A stretch of DNA of 64,000 nt from a virus. The translations under genes and the position numbers were made by a program. The notes beneath the pieces were generated by a model, which did not search any database, had not been told where the DNA came from, and was given only the letters and a program-made list of their open reading frames with translations. The stretch covers positions 31,386-95,385 of IMG/VR virus record IMGVR_UViG_3300032286_000925; one strand, given 5' to 3'. Positions 54,731 through 64,000 of the stretch are shown piece by piece (the stretch's first letter is position 1; the number at the start of each line of letters is the position of its first letter).

Positions 54731-57700
54731 CCTGCCAATCTGTAACTAAAGATAACTCTATCTGCTCAGGGAATGCCGGGTTATTTGGAACAGAAACTCG
54801 TATAGAATCAATTTTTCTAACAATCACATCTTTTCTAGGCTCAAGCGAGCTAGCTAATCTAGATTTAATATATTTATCCGTTACGTTGATAGTGCACCAT
54901 TGCCCTGGTTTATACGAACCTACAACAGGATTTAAAGAACCATTTACAGTGATAATAAAATTACCAATTGGGGGTCTAGACTCAGCTACATATTTTTTAG
55001 CTGATGTATAGAAATCAATCTCAGCATCAAACTGACCCCATTTGTCCACATTTATAACTGTCGGATCGGTAATAGGCCAATCTACTTTTTCCGTCCTATC
55101 GTAAATAGGCCAACCAGCTCTTAGCAAATCTTCAGACACTGCAGCGGCATATTTAGCATCTCCACCTAAAGCCTCAGAGTTTCCAGATACAAATATTCTT
55201 GTTGCAGAACTTTCAGCATTTTCAGCTAGATTTATATTTTGAATATTTCCAGGATATTCAAATACAACTTTATTGGCTCCTAAAATACTAGGGTCTACAA
55301 CCTGTCCAGGAGCCAACTTATGAACCACCTGTCTAGTCAATGGATCGGTTTGAGCCGGTAGAGATTCTAAATAATCAGTTAAAGTTGGAGGAGTAATTGG
55401 AATTATTGTAAAAGTTTTTGTAAACTGCTTTACCCCACCAATCTCAGACAATCCGCACTCAATACGGTAATCAAAACCGTCTACAAAATTTGTATACCTT
55501 TCCAATAAATCAGCAACATTTACTAAGTCGCTACCCCTAATAATCTCAGTCCTAAGTTTGATTGAACTATGAGCATTATCATCAAATCCTATACCTATAT
55601 TTGAATTATTGGAATATTCTCCATAAGTTCTTGCATACACAGTAGGAGACCTAACAACCATAGGAGCTGGAACAACAACACCAGTGACATCCGAATCAAA
55701 AGCAACTGGCGTAGCTAAAGTTAATGTGCCAGAATTACTTAGTGTATATTTTCCTTTTGCATATGTAACCGAAAAAGAAACACTATTTGGCCCAGAGCCA
55801 GTTATTGTTTTTGTACCCGTAAAGGCTGAATTGTAGGGAGATGGAAAACTACTAAGAGTTACGGTATCTCCAATAAAAAACGGATTAGATTTTGTTTTAT
55901 CAAAATAAACAGTAGCAATGTTAGAAACAACTTCAATATATCCGGTGTCCACCGGACTACTCCCACCAATGGTGTATGTAAAAGTGTTGCTATCTGGCAC
56001 AGAATTAACTTTAACTTGACTGTTTGAAGAATTTAGTGCTGCTCCTTGTTTGCTATGAATCCACAAAGTAATGTAGTCTCCAACATCCAAGCCATGGTCA
56101 ATTGCCGTAGCCGTGATATTCCTAGAATTTGATACAGATCTAGTTATATGAGTAACATCTTTAATATTAGGAGTAGTAGGTTTATAGTCCATGTACACTT
56201 GCCCAGCGGGAATAGAGTTTGGTATGCTTATGTAAGGGCTATTACTTAGGGTGTATGAAGTAAAACTATACTCAGAGCCGTCTTTTTTAGTAAACGGACT
56301 AACTATACTAAATACCGAGTCTGAAGTTACGGAAGTGACTTTGTACGCAGTGTCGTTAAGAGTTTCAAAAGGCACATTTCCACCATAGCTAGGGACTTTT
56401 TCATTTATAAAGTTTTTAAATGTAACTAAATCTCCAACCGCTAACCCATGCTTAGATGTTGCAGTTATAAATCCTTTAAGTGCCGCAGAGGCAGAAACTG
56501 AAGTGGCACCAAAAACACCGGTATGGGCAGGTAAACTGATTGTAAAATGCGTAGCATCTACAATTGATGCAACAGTTGCTTCTATGTTAAATACTCCTAC
56601 GTTAGGAACATTATATGTCGTTAAAGTTTTTGCCGGGCAAGCTATGGTTCCTGATGCTCCCGTTATGGATTTCCAAAAAGTAGTATTAGTTCCAGTTTTA
56701 TACTGTAAATGAAGAGTTCTATTGTCTGGAACTTCCTTGACAGTTATCCCAGAACCATTAAACTTTGTAAGTTTTTGATAGTTTCCGTTATAAGTACCAG
56801 AAACAAGACCAGCGACAGTTACAACTGATCCCACATCTGGAGAGTTATGATTTGTTGCTAGTTTGACAACTAGCGTTCCAGTTTTATCGTTATAGGTTAT
56901 AGACGAAATGTTTGGGGTGACAGCAGCGGCTGTGGTGGTAGTAGTTGACGATGGAGTAAATCCAGATAGAGTTACTTTCTCACCGACAGTGGCATTATGA
57001 TTAGTTGTAGTTTGGAATACCGGAAGCGATGGGTTAGAAGACGTTACAGAGTTTATAGATACCGTCCTAGCTACGGACACAGACTCAGAGACAGAAGCAG
57101 TAGTAAAAGTTAGAATAGGGTTAGAGTTACCATCCACCCCAGACACTACAGACCCTATAGTAGCTCCCTTTTGCGGCGGAAGAGTGGCTGTAGTTCTATA
57201 AGAAAAAGTATAGTCAGTACAATCAAAAACTTGAACTGGGGTTCCCCCATTCTCAAAAGCATCGTAATATGTACCGTTAAAAGAGATAACTACATAGTCA
57301 CCATCTATAAACGGGTTTCTACCCCCCGTAGTTATGGTTGCAACGGTGCCTTCGGTTTTTACAGACTGTATTGAGGCAGATCTTGTAACTATAGCACCTA
57401 TTTTAGTTTTAGTTCTAGTTACAGTGCCTGTCTGAGGAGAGCCAAAAAAATCTTTTTTGTCTTTTACTTCAGTTATTCTATATGAAAACTTATTAGCACC
57501 GGGATTGGTATTTGTAACGGTATAAGCCTTGTTAGGGGCATAGTGCGTTTGGGCGGATTTATCTGCATTAGTTGGATTTAATTTAATAGTTACTGTATCA
57601 CCAACACCGATATTATGCCTCTGTTTGGTAGTTATAGTTACAGTTGCAGTATTGTTTTTATCACTAGTGTAGTAGTCTTTACTTAGAATAGTGCTGACAG

Positions 57701-59570
57701 CATCTGGTTCTACATCAGTGTCTTGTTGTAGCTCATACGGACTGTAGAAATTAATCCAAGAATTTCCAGATTTAGTTACAGTAGCCGATCCACCAGCTAC
57801 GGCATATGCCACATCAGCCCCAGGTTTAGAGTATTCAATGTAATATAAACTAGAACGAGCTGGATCGGTTCCAGTATTTTCAATCATATACTCTCCATCA
57901 AAAGCTGTGCTAGGAAAATTTACCTCAATAGTGTCTCCAACTTTTAATTTAAAAGCATCAAAATTAGACGCTGAAAAATATAATCTAACGCTGTTATCAG
58001 CCTTACTACGAGCATAGATAGGGACATCTATTCCATCATCAACCTCATCTAAAGTTACATACCCGTTGTATAGAGGAGCAGTCCAATTTAATCCATCAAC
58101 GTTTGCAACTTTTATTTCATCTTTATTAGTAAATCCGTGAGAACCTTTTAGATATAATTTAAGTCTTTTAATGGGCACTGAAAGGGTGGCATAGTTTTTA
58201 GTGCTATCGCCAACTTTTGAACTCTCTTCTTTAATGTCGTATTTTGTGTCAGAATAGTTAGAGTCGGTTATTTGTATAGTTTTTTCATCAATAATGGCTG
58301 AAATAAAAGGCGCAACATCGTCAGTTTTATAGGAAACGGTATTAGTTTTTTTTGTGTCGGTGCTGTTAATTTTAAACATTACCGGGGCTTTGTCTTCAGT
58401 ATCTATGATTATTGAATACCCCATAGAAAAACCATGTGGATTAGAAAATTTAAGGGTAACTACTCCAGCAGCTCTACTTATGTTTGTAATATATTGCGGT
58501 GGCCAAGGCGCTATTTCTCTATATTGAATAAAGTTTTTTACTTCTGACATACTTGTAGTGGCAATATCCTTTAAATACACTGGAACTTTATTGCCATCTT
58601 TATCTATAGTTTGAGGATTAGACACATTAAATTTAAAAGTATACGGATTTAAAATCTCAGAGATTGTTTGAGTACCATTTAGAGTGGGGTCTATATTAGC
58701 TAGCTCTATTCTTTGACCGACTGCAAAGTTGTGACTTTCTGTCGTAGTTATGGTGGCCACTCCAGCTGTGCCATAGTTGTTTGCATCCTTATTTGACACT
58801 ACAAGATTTTTAGTGGAAGCAGTTACAGGAATTCTTACCCCTGCTTCGGCAAATTCATTAGCAAAATTTATATCAATATAGTCATTAAAAACATCACTTA
58901 GGATGTTTCTAATGTATTGATAAGTATCCACCTTAGCCGTTATGCTGACATTTTCGTAAACTCCATTAGGAAGAGACGGTATATTTAACCAGAACATTGT
59001 AGAACCAGGTTCAGTCGGATTGCTAGTTAAAGGGTAGTAGTCACTATATTTCATTTGAGCCGATGTAGTAAACTCTACGTACACATAGTTAATTTTATTG
59101 TCAGTGGCGACCTCCAAAGGTGTATCCATAGGCCTATCTAAAAGAACCAATGTGTTACTAGACAACTGTTTATTTTTAGTTAGCGTGGCAGAGTAAGAGT
59201 AAGATTTTGTTTTCCAAATTAGTCTATGAGATAAGTAGCTAGTAAACTCTGAAGCAGATATAGACAGACTTCTTCCAACCATATCATAAGTTCTTCCCCA
59301 AATAATGCCGCCCCAAACACACTGATCATCCCTTAGAACAAATAACGCAGTTTTACCGGGAAGTGTTGCATTATAGAGATTTAAATTATCAGTTTGCTCA
59401 GACACAGTAATTTTCCCATCAAAGATGCCGGCCTGCTTTAGAGCGAGCTCGTAATTTACATCTTCAAATGGCACTTCACCAATGATTTTATTGCTAAGTA
59501 TGTCCACAGTGTAGTACTTGTAGCGAGGAGCATTAGTGCTTGTAATGGGTACAAGATTTACTTCTGACAT
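54711..59570 (-). CDS. Tail hub (Tal-like) minor tail protein with many inserted beta-sandwich repeats
   Basis: VWGGIIW N-terminus; follows Dit; repeated ATITT...H.F.VGD.V.I motif. Confidence 0.8.
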   Translation of the reverse strand: MSEVNLVPITSTNAPRYKYYTVDILSNKIIGEVPFEDVNYELALKQAGIFDGKITVSEQTDNLNLYNATLPGKTALFVLRDDQCVWGGIIWGRTYDMVGRSLSISASEFTSYLSHRLIWKTKSYSYSATLTKNKQLSSNTLVLLDRPMDTPLEVATDNKINYVYVEFTTSAQMKYSDYYPLTSNPTEPGSTMFWLNIPSLPNGVYENVSITAKVDTYQYIRNILSDVFNDYIDINFANEFAEAGVRIPVTASTKNLVVSNKDANNYGTAGVATITTTESHNFAVGQRIELANIDPTLNGTQTISEILNPYTFKFNVSNPQTIDKDGNKVPVYLKDIATTSMSEVKNFIQYREIAPWPPQYITNISRAAGVVTLKFSNPHGFSMGYSIIIDTEDKAPVMFKINSTDTKKTNTVSYKTDDVAPFISAIIDEKTIQITDSNYSDTKYDIKEESSKVGDSTKNYATLSVPIKRLKLYLKGSHGFTNKDEIKVANVDGLNWTAPLYNGYVTLDEVDDGIDVPIYARSKADNSVRLYFSASNFDAFKLKVGDTIEVNFPSTAFDGEYMIENTGTDPARSSLYYIEYSKPGADVAYAVAGGSATVTKSGNSWINFYSPYELQQDTDVEPDAVSTILSKDYYTSDKNNTATVTITTKQRHNIGVGDTVTIKLNPTNADKSAQTHYAPNKAYTVTNTNPGANKFSYRITEVKDKKDFFGSPQTGTVTRTKTKIGAIVTRSASIQSVKTEGTVATITTGGRNPFIDGDYVVISFNGTYYDAFENGGTPVQVFDCTDYTFSYRTTATLPPQKGATIGSVVSGVDGNSNPILTFTTASVSESVSVARTVSINSVTSSNPSLPVFQTTTNHNATVGEKVTLSGFTPSSTTTTTAAAVTPNISSITYNDKTGTLVVKLATNHNSPDVGSVVTVAGLVSGTYNGNYQKLTKFNGSGITVKEVPDNRTLHLQYKTGTNTTFWKSITGASGTIACPAKTLTTYNVPNVGVFNIEATVASIVDATHFTISLPAHTGVFGATSVSASAALKGFITATSKHGLAVGDLVTFKNFINEKVPSYGGNVPFETLNDTAYKVTSVTSDSVFSIVSPFTKKDGSEYSFTSYTLSNSPYISIPNSIPAGQVYMDYKPTTPNIKDVTHITRSVSNSRNITATAIDHGLDVGDYITLWIHSKQGAALNSSNSQVKVNSVPDSNTFTYTIGGSSPVDTGYIEVVSNIATVYFDKTKSNPFFIGDTVTLSSFPSPYNSAFTGTKTITGSGPNSVSFSVTYAKGKYTLSNSGTLTLATPVAFDSDVTGVVVPAPMVVRSPTVYARTYGEYSNNSNIGIGFDDNAHSSIKLRTEIIRGSDLVNVADLLERYTNFVDGFDYRIECGLSEIGGVKQFTKTFTIIPITPPTLTDYLESLPAQTDPLTRQVVHKLAPGQVVDPSILGANKVVFEYPGNIQNINLAENAESSATRIFVSGNSEALGGDAKYAAAVSEDLLRAGWPIYDRTEKVDWPITDPTVINVDKWGQFDAEIDFYTSAKKYVAESRPPIGNFIITVNGSLNPVVGSYKPGQWCTINVTDKYIKSRLASSLEPRKDVIVRKIDSIRVSVPNNPAFPEQIELSLVTDWQVDKIGE

Positions 59571-59605
59571 TATATCATCACGTCCAATCGTCTCTAAAGA
59601 CTATT

Positions 59606-61108
59606 TTACCCTATCCAGCCAGATCTATATTTTACAGTTACTACAGGAGTTGTAGATGTGCCTGTTTGGGTGAACGTAAATATATTATTCCCTGGATTTA
59701 GCTTTATCCAAGAAATATTAGCATCTAATGTAGATCTAGAGCCATCCGGAATACCTCTATATAGTACGGTTGTATTGTATGTATCAAGTTCTAGGGTATC
59801 AGCAACACTTAGAGTGGCAATACTGGTAGCTGGGTTTGTAGCCGTGGACACTACTTGCTTAGAAATACTCCCACCATAATAAGTTCCAGACCCGCTGAGA
59901 CCGGTTGAAAAAGTAAACTTTTTATTGTCCCCACCAACTGACGCTAAAGCAACCGTCTGCTCGCCATTAAATGAGGCATTACCCGCACCAGAAATATACA
60001 CCTTGTCGGTTGTAGACAATCCGTGAGCCGCAGCGCACGTTACGGTAGCTACTCCAGCAGAAAGCGCAATACTAGTCACGGTGGTAATAGGATTTGCATA
60101 AGTAAATGAGTTAGTACTGACGGATGTTAGTGTGACAGGGCTAGTTTCATTAAAAACAGAATCGATTCCAGCTATAGTTACGGTATCACCTGCAAAAAAT
60201 CCATGATTAGGGGAAGTTAATGTTGCAAACCCGGCCAAGCATTGCTTATCGGTAATGGTGGTTCCAGCACTACTTGTGCTATACGTGTTTGATCTTAAAG
60301 ATTGAATAATCTTTATAGATTTACCAGTAGTTGTATTGGTAATGGTTGCTGGAGCGGTCATAGGGCCAGTTATTTTAAATATTGCGCCAACAGGGGTATT
60401 CCCCTGATTAACTATAGTATTATTTGATCCATCAAAAGTTAAGGGGTTTGTGACATCAGTAGATGATTTTATTGTGTAACCTATTTTTGTATCGTTTGTT
60501 GGATCAAAAGTTGGAGGCCAGCTAGTGTAGTTTTTATTGGTAGAGTTGTACCAATCAAACTTTATAGGGTTTACTGCTCGAAGGGTTACGCTAAAATCTA
60601 CTCTACCTCTAGCATTTCTTACTGTAAAATCTGGTTGACCTTCAAGTCTGATATAAGCAGCTTTTACAACACTCTCTTTGACAAACAACCAACCACCAGA
60701 GTACACTAAGTCAAACATCTTAGCAAGCTGATCACGCGCTGCAGGTAGGTATGACGGGTCTGGAGGAAGAATAGACCCTTGGAATGTAAGCTCACGGACA
60801 GTCCAGCGCCCACGTACATCGTATGAGCCATCATCAAGACCGCGAGGAATATCAGGCACCTCAGCGTTTGGAAGCTCCCACCAACCATCTATGTCGGTAC
60901 ACACCCAAACAACGTTGTTGCTCGGGTCAATGCTATTAAACAGAAGACTTGATATAGTTCCATCTAAATTTTGCTTTTGTATTTGAATATCACCGTCAAG
61001 TTTTAGTCCGGTAACGTACGGGTACGGCATAGGACGCAACGCGTCGTGTACCGATTTAGTCTCAAACGCTTGCGTGGTTTGACTTATTCCATTACTATAG
61101 TATGCCAT
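59606..61108 (-). CDS. Distal tail protein (Dit) with insertion
   Basis: GWW..P, RELTFQG, LRAVNPIK, N.GN.P, LNPGNN, YRSGW; directly after tape measure. Confidence 0.8.
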   Translation of the reverse strand: MAYYSNGISQTTQAFETKSVHDALRPMPYPYVTGLKLDGDIQIQKQNLDGTISSLLFNSIDPSNNVVWVCTDIDGWWELPNAEVPDIPRGLDDGSYDVRGRWTVRELTFQGSILPPDPSYLPAARDQLAKMFDLVYSGGWLFVKESVVKAAYIRLEGQPDFTVRNARGRVDFSVTLRAVNPIKFDWYNSTNKNYTSWPPTFDPTNDTKIGYTIKSSTDVTNPLTFDGSNNTIVNQGNTPVGAIFKITGPMTAPATITNTTTGKSIKIIQSLRSNTYSTSSAGTTITDKQCLAGFATLTSPNHGFFAGDTVTIAGIDSVFNETSPVTLTSVSTNSFTYANPITTVTSIALSAGVATVTCAAAHGLSTTDKVYISGAGNASFNGEQTVALASVGGDNKKFTFSTGLSGSGTYYGGSISKQVVSTATNPATSIATLSVADTLELDTYNTTVLYRGIPDGSRSTLDANISWIKLNPGNNIFTFTQTGTSTTPVVTVKYRSGWIG

Positions 61109-61122
61109 GTATGCCTCTTATT

Positions 61123-64000
61123 TTACCTATTTGCCCAAGCTAGTTTTAGTGCCTTGTTAACTTCTGTAAAGAAGTTCTTTTGTGCAGCTGTTGCATCTCC
61201 CTTAATGACAATCTGAGGTGCTGCTCTAGGATTATCTAAGTTTTTAGCATCTATGCTTTGAGCCTTTAGTACTGCTATCAGGTCTTTAAGAGGTACTGTC
61301 TTAGTATAGTCTATAGAACCGTCCCTAGGATCTCTGGCGTAGAAGTTCTCTTTATAGCCATACCCAGATGTAGCTAGTCTTCTATATTCTTGAGTAGAGC
61401 TTTGATATGCTCCAGATAGAATATCCTTAGCTAGCCCATACTGAGCATTTTGATAAGCAGCTCTATTGCCCTGTGAATCTCCTGAATCAGCATTAGCCGC
61501 AGCAATTCGTGCTTGTTGGAGATCGTAAGAGTTTACAAGAAGAGTTTGGAATACCTCTGCTTGTTTTTTATTTAATTCCGTCTGCGTACCTGTAGCATTT
61601 GTAACAACAATCCCTTTAATCTTACCTAAAGCAGCAGTTAATTTAGGGTCATTTTCAAGCATTCCGCTAATTTTGGTTATAATATTGGAAGCACTTTGCT
61701 GAACCGCCTGAATTGTATTTATTTTATAAAAACCCTGATTTTGTTGTTGCATAGCTATACCCAATCTAAGAATAACTGGGTATAAAGCTTTATTAGTTTT
61801 TATTGCTGCTAGTAGTGTAGTATCAGACGATAAAGAACCTTGAAGAGCTCCAACAAAATCTCTACCTTGACCACTATTTACAAATGTAGTTCCAGTCATT
61901 GCCTGAGCACCAGACAATAGCCCGGCATAGCCCGAACCGCCTGAATTGTATTTATTTACTAATCTTACAGCTTCTGAAACTCCTCCAACGGCCTCTTCAA
62001 GGTTAGCTACAGCTGCCGAACTATTTGTTTGATTAGCAACGTTAATAACGGCACTTTTAATTGCTAGTTGCTTAGCCTTTTCAGCGGCAGCATCCATAGA
62101 TTTACCGATTTGGCTAACTATAGCTGCACCAACCATAATTGGCACACCAACTTGCGGAGCAAACATGCTTACTGCACCACCGACTGCCATAAGAACGTCT
62201 CCAGTAGTAGATACTGCGCTTCGGTCGCCTGCAGTGGCTGCAGTTTGAGCCAATGCACCAAGGCCCGCAACAGCCCCCGAACCTCCACCTACAAGCTTTA
62301 AAGAGTTTCTTCCAATAAATCTAGCTGCAGTTCCTAGCCCTCTACCAGTTGCCCCTATTACTTGCATCGTTCTAGAAGGACTTGTTGCCTGATCCAAGGC
62401 TTGATTTATTCCAGAAGCATACGAAGCGGTCTGATAATTTTTACTTGCCCTGAAGAAAGTTTTAAATCTTCCAGTAAGCTTTTCAATTTTTTTACCTAAA
62501 TTAGCAATCCCGGTCTCCATAGGAGCAAAAGCCTTAACCACGGGGGATCCTGGACCGAATGCAGAGTGCATTGCAGTTTTAAGTTTTCCAAACGCCGATT
62601 GAGCAAGTTTTGAACTAGAAGTTATGTTTTTTAATTTAGTATTTACGGTATTAAGCCCCACAGCTATCAGGGAGTTTCCTTTTATACTAAAAGTATCTTT
62701 TAGTTTCTTTTTTAAATTAGTTAAAATTGGGGTTATTTTTGATACTATAGGTTGTAATTTATCTACAAGCTGGGAGTAGCTACTTAAAAATGAACCAGAG
62801 ACTTTTCCACCAACTGCTTTAAAAGCCGTAGCTAATTTTGAAAATCCAGTTTTTACTGCAGCCACCACTGAATTTATTTTAATAACAAACGAGTCTTTAA
62901 ATTTAACTAATCCGCTTATGATATTAGAATACCCAGTTACAGTCCCCGCTACAGCATTTCTACCTCGCAACATAAAAGCTTTAGATAGTTGTAGCAAAGC
63001 TGTTTTTACTGCTGTCGAAGCTTGTACGACTTTACTACTAATTCCACTAACTAACCTACCTAAAGCAGCTTTAAAAGAGTTGCCAATTTTGTCTAACATT
63101 GTCCAGTAACTAGTAGCAGCTTTCCAGAAAGTCATACCAACAAGAGCGGCTCGAAGTCTAGTAAGACCAGATTTAACAGCACCTACAGCTGAAGATACTT
63201 TAGATTTAAATGCCTCACTAAAACGAGTAAACCCGCTGGAAATTCCTCCTACAACGGACGATATTTTAGATTTAAATGCGTCTCTAAATCTAATTAGCCC
63301 TTCCAGTGTTTTAACGTACCCATTTAAGACTGAAGAAACTATGGACAATCCAGCTAATTTAACTCCAAGGAATGCTCTAGAAAGTTTTAGCATACCGGTT
63401 CTTATAACAGATACAACGGAGTTTATTTTGGATTTAAATGCATCTCTAAATTTAATAATTTTATCTAAAACGCTAACATAACCATTTATAAGTTTGGTAG
63501 CAACCGCTATAACTACCTTAGATACGTCTTTGATCATCATCTGCCCCAAAGAGAGCATACTTATTTTTATTGTTGCAGCTAATTGCTGGAAAGGGAACGC
63601 ATAACGCCTAAGCGCCATTTCCAACGGGCCCAGTGCATTTAAGATTTTTACGGCTATAGGAGCCATTTTTAAAATAAATGCGTTTTTTAATCTAGTCATA
63701 CCCGATTTGACAGAGTCAATCACTGAGGTTATTTTAGCTTTGAACGCATCTCTAAATTTAATTAAACCTTCAAGTACTTTTATATAACCATTTAGTATCC
63801 CTAGTGTAACTCTACCTTTGGCAATAATAAATGCGTTTTTTAATCTAGTCATACCCGATTTGACAGAGTCAATCACTGAGGTTATTTTAGCTTTGAACGC
63901 ATCTCTAAATTTAATTAAACCTTCAAGTACTTTTATATAACCATTTAATACGGCTAGTGTTACGTTGGCTTTAGCAATAACAAACGCTTTGGTAAGCTGA
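61123..64000 (-). CDS. Tape measure protein (C-terminal part, 5' truncated)
   Basis: Frame open to the window end; amphipathic F-spaced repeats; upstream of Dit. Confidence 0.88.
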   Translation of the reverse strand, partial: QLTKAFVIAKANVTLAVLNGYIKVLEGLIKFRDAFKAKITSVIDSVKSGMTRLKNAFIIAKGRVTLGILNGYIKVLEGLIKFRDAFKAKITSVIDSVKSGMTRLKNAFILKMAPIAVKILNALGPLEMALRRYAFPFQQLAATIKISMLSLGQMMIKDVSKVVIAVATKLINGYVSVLDKIIKFRDAFKSKINSVVSVIRTGMLKLSRAFLGVKLAGLSIVSSVLNGYVKTLEGLIRFRDAFKSKISSVVGGISSGFTRFSEAFKSKVSSAVGAVKSGLTRLRAALVGMTFWKAATSYWTMLDKIGNSFKAALGRLVSGISSKVVQASTAVKTALLQLSKAFMLRGRNAVAGTVTGYSNIISGLVKFKDSFVIKINSVVAAVKTGFSKLATAFKAVGGKVSGSFLSSYSQLVDKLQPIVSKITPILTNLKKKLKDTFSIKGNSLIAVGLNTVNTKLKNITSSSKLAQSAFGKLKTAMHSAFGPGSPVVKAFAPMETGIANLGKKIEKLTGRFKTFFRASKNYQTASYASGINQALDQATSPSRTMQVIGATGRGLGTAARFIGRNSLKLVGGGSGAVAGLGALAQTAATAGDRSAVSTTGDVLMAVGGAVSMFAPQVGVPIMVGAAIVSQIGKSMDAAAEKAKQLAIKSAVINVANQTNSSAAVANLEEAVGGVSEAVRLVNKYNSGGSGYAGLLSGAQAMTGTTFVNSGQGRDFVGALQGSLSSDTTLLAAIKTNKALYPVILRLGIAMQQQNQGFYKINTIQAVQQSASNIITKISGMLENDPKLTAALGKIKGIVVTNATGTQTELNKKQAEVFQTLLVNSYDLQQARIAAANADSGDSQGNRAAYQNAQYGLAKDILSGAYQSSTQEYRRLATSGYGYKENFYARDPRDGSIDYTKTVPLKDLIAVLKAQSIDAKNLDNPRAAPQIVIKGDATAAQKNFFTEVNKALKLAWANR
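63673..63947. repeat. Two identical 122-bp direct repeats, period 153 bp
   Basis: 63673-63794 matches 63826-63947. Confidence 0.9.

Noticed and set aside
76-63109. Numerous short antisense or out-of-frame ORFs in the track (e.g. 76..384, 1726..2277, 15432..15914, 24323..24751, 36581..36892)
   Set aside because: Shadows of well-supported genes on the other strand or frame
63673-63947. Diversity-generating retroelement TR/VR pair
   Set aside because: Copies are identical, in-frame and tandem; no reverse transcriptase in the window

Overview
A 64-kb internal segment of a large, AT-rich tailed dsDNA phage, most likely infecting a low-GC Actinobacterium. The host call is inferred from two WhiB genes, DUF3039, an MSMEG_6728-like gene, a tmRNA tag ending YALAA and many leaderless starts. 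Left to right: terminase-small-subunit-like gene, small Zn-finger genes, an origin-like repeat array (~4.6 kb), a glycan-synthesis block, a lysis-like block (coiled-coil/PA14 protein, holin-like proteins, M23 peptidase), small accessory genes with two DNA methyltransferases, an ~1-kb RNA island (tRNA, tmRNA, unassigned structured RNAs), WhiB/class II RNR, a + strand tail-fibre and sulfation module, dNMP kinase, serine recombinase, the replication module (prim-pol/D5 helicase, SSB, Sak4, Cas4-like nuclease, SNF2 helicase, RuvC-like, PolA) and tail-tip/tape-measure genes. Most notable observations: (1) five adjacent unrelated small proteins all end in EE[PGE][DN][IV]VY-stop with synonymous codon divergence; (2) two anticodon-less tRNA mimics and a mismatched tRNA(UAG) downstream of the tmRNA; (3) paired res-like sites in inverted orientation 15 kb apart, one upstream of the serine recombinase operon; (4) small RNAs carrying anti-Shine-Dalgarno and GGGAGAGA/UCUCUCCC motifs. 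All protein calls come from motif recognition by eye; no searches or folding computations were run.
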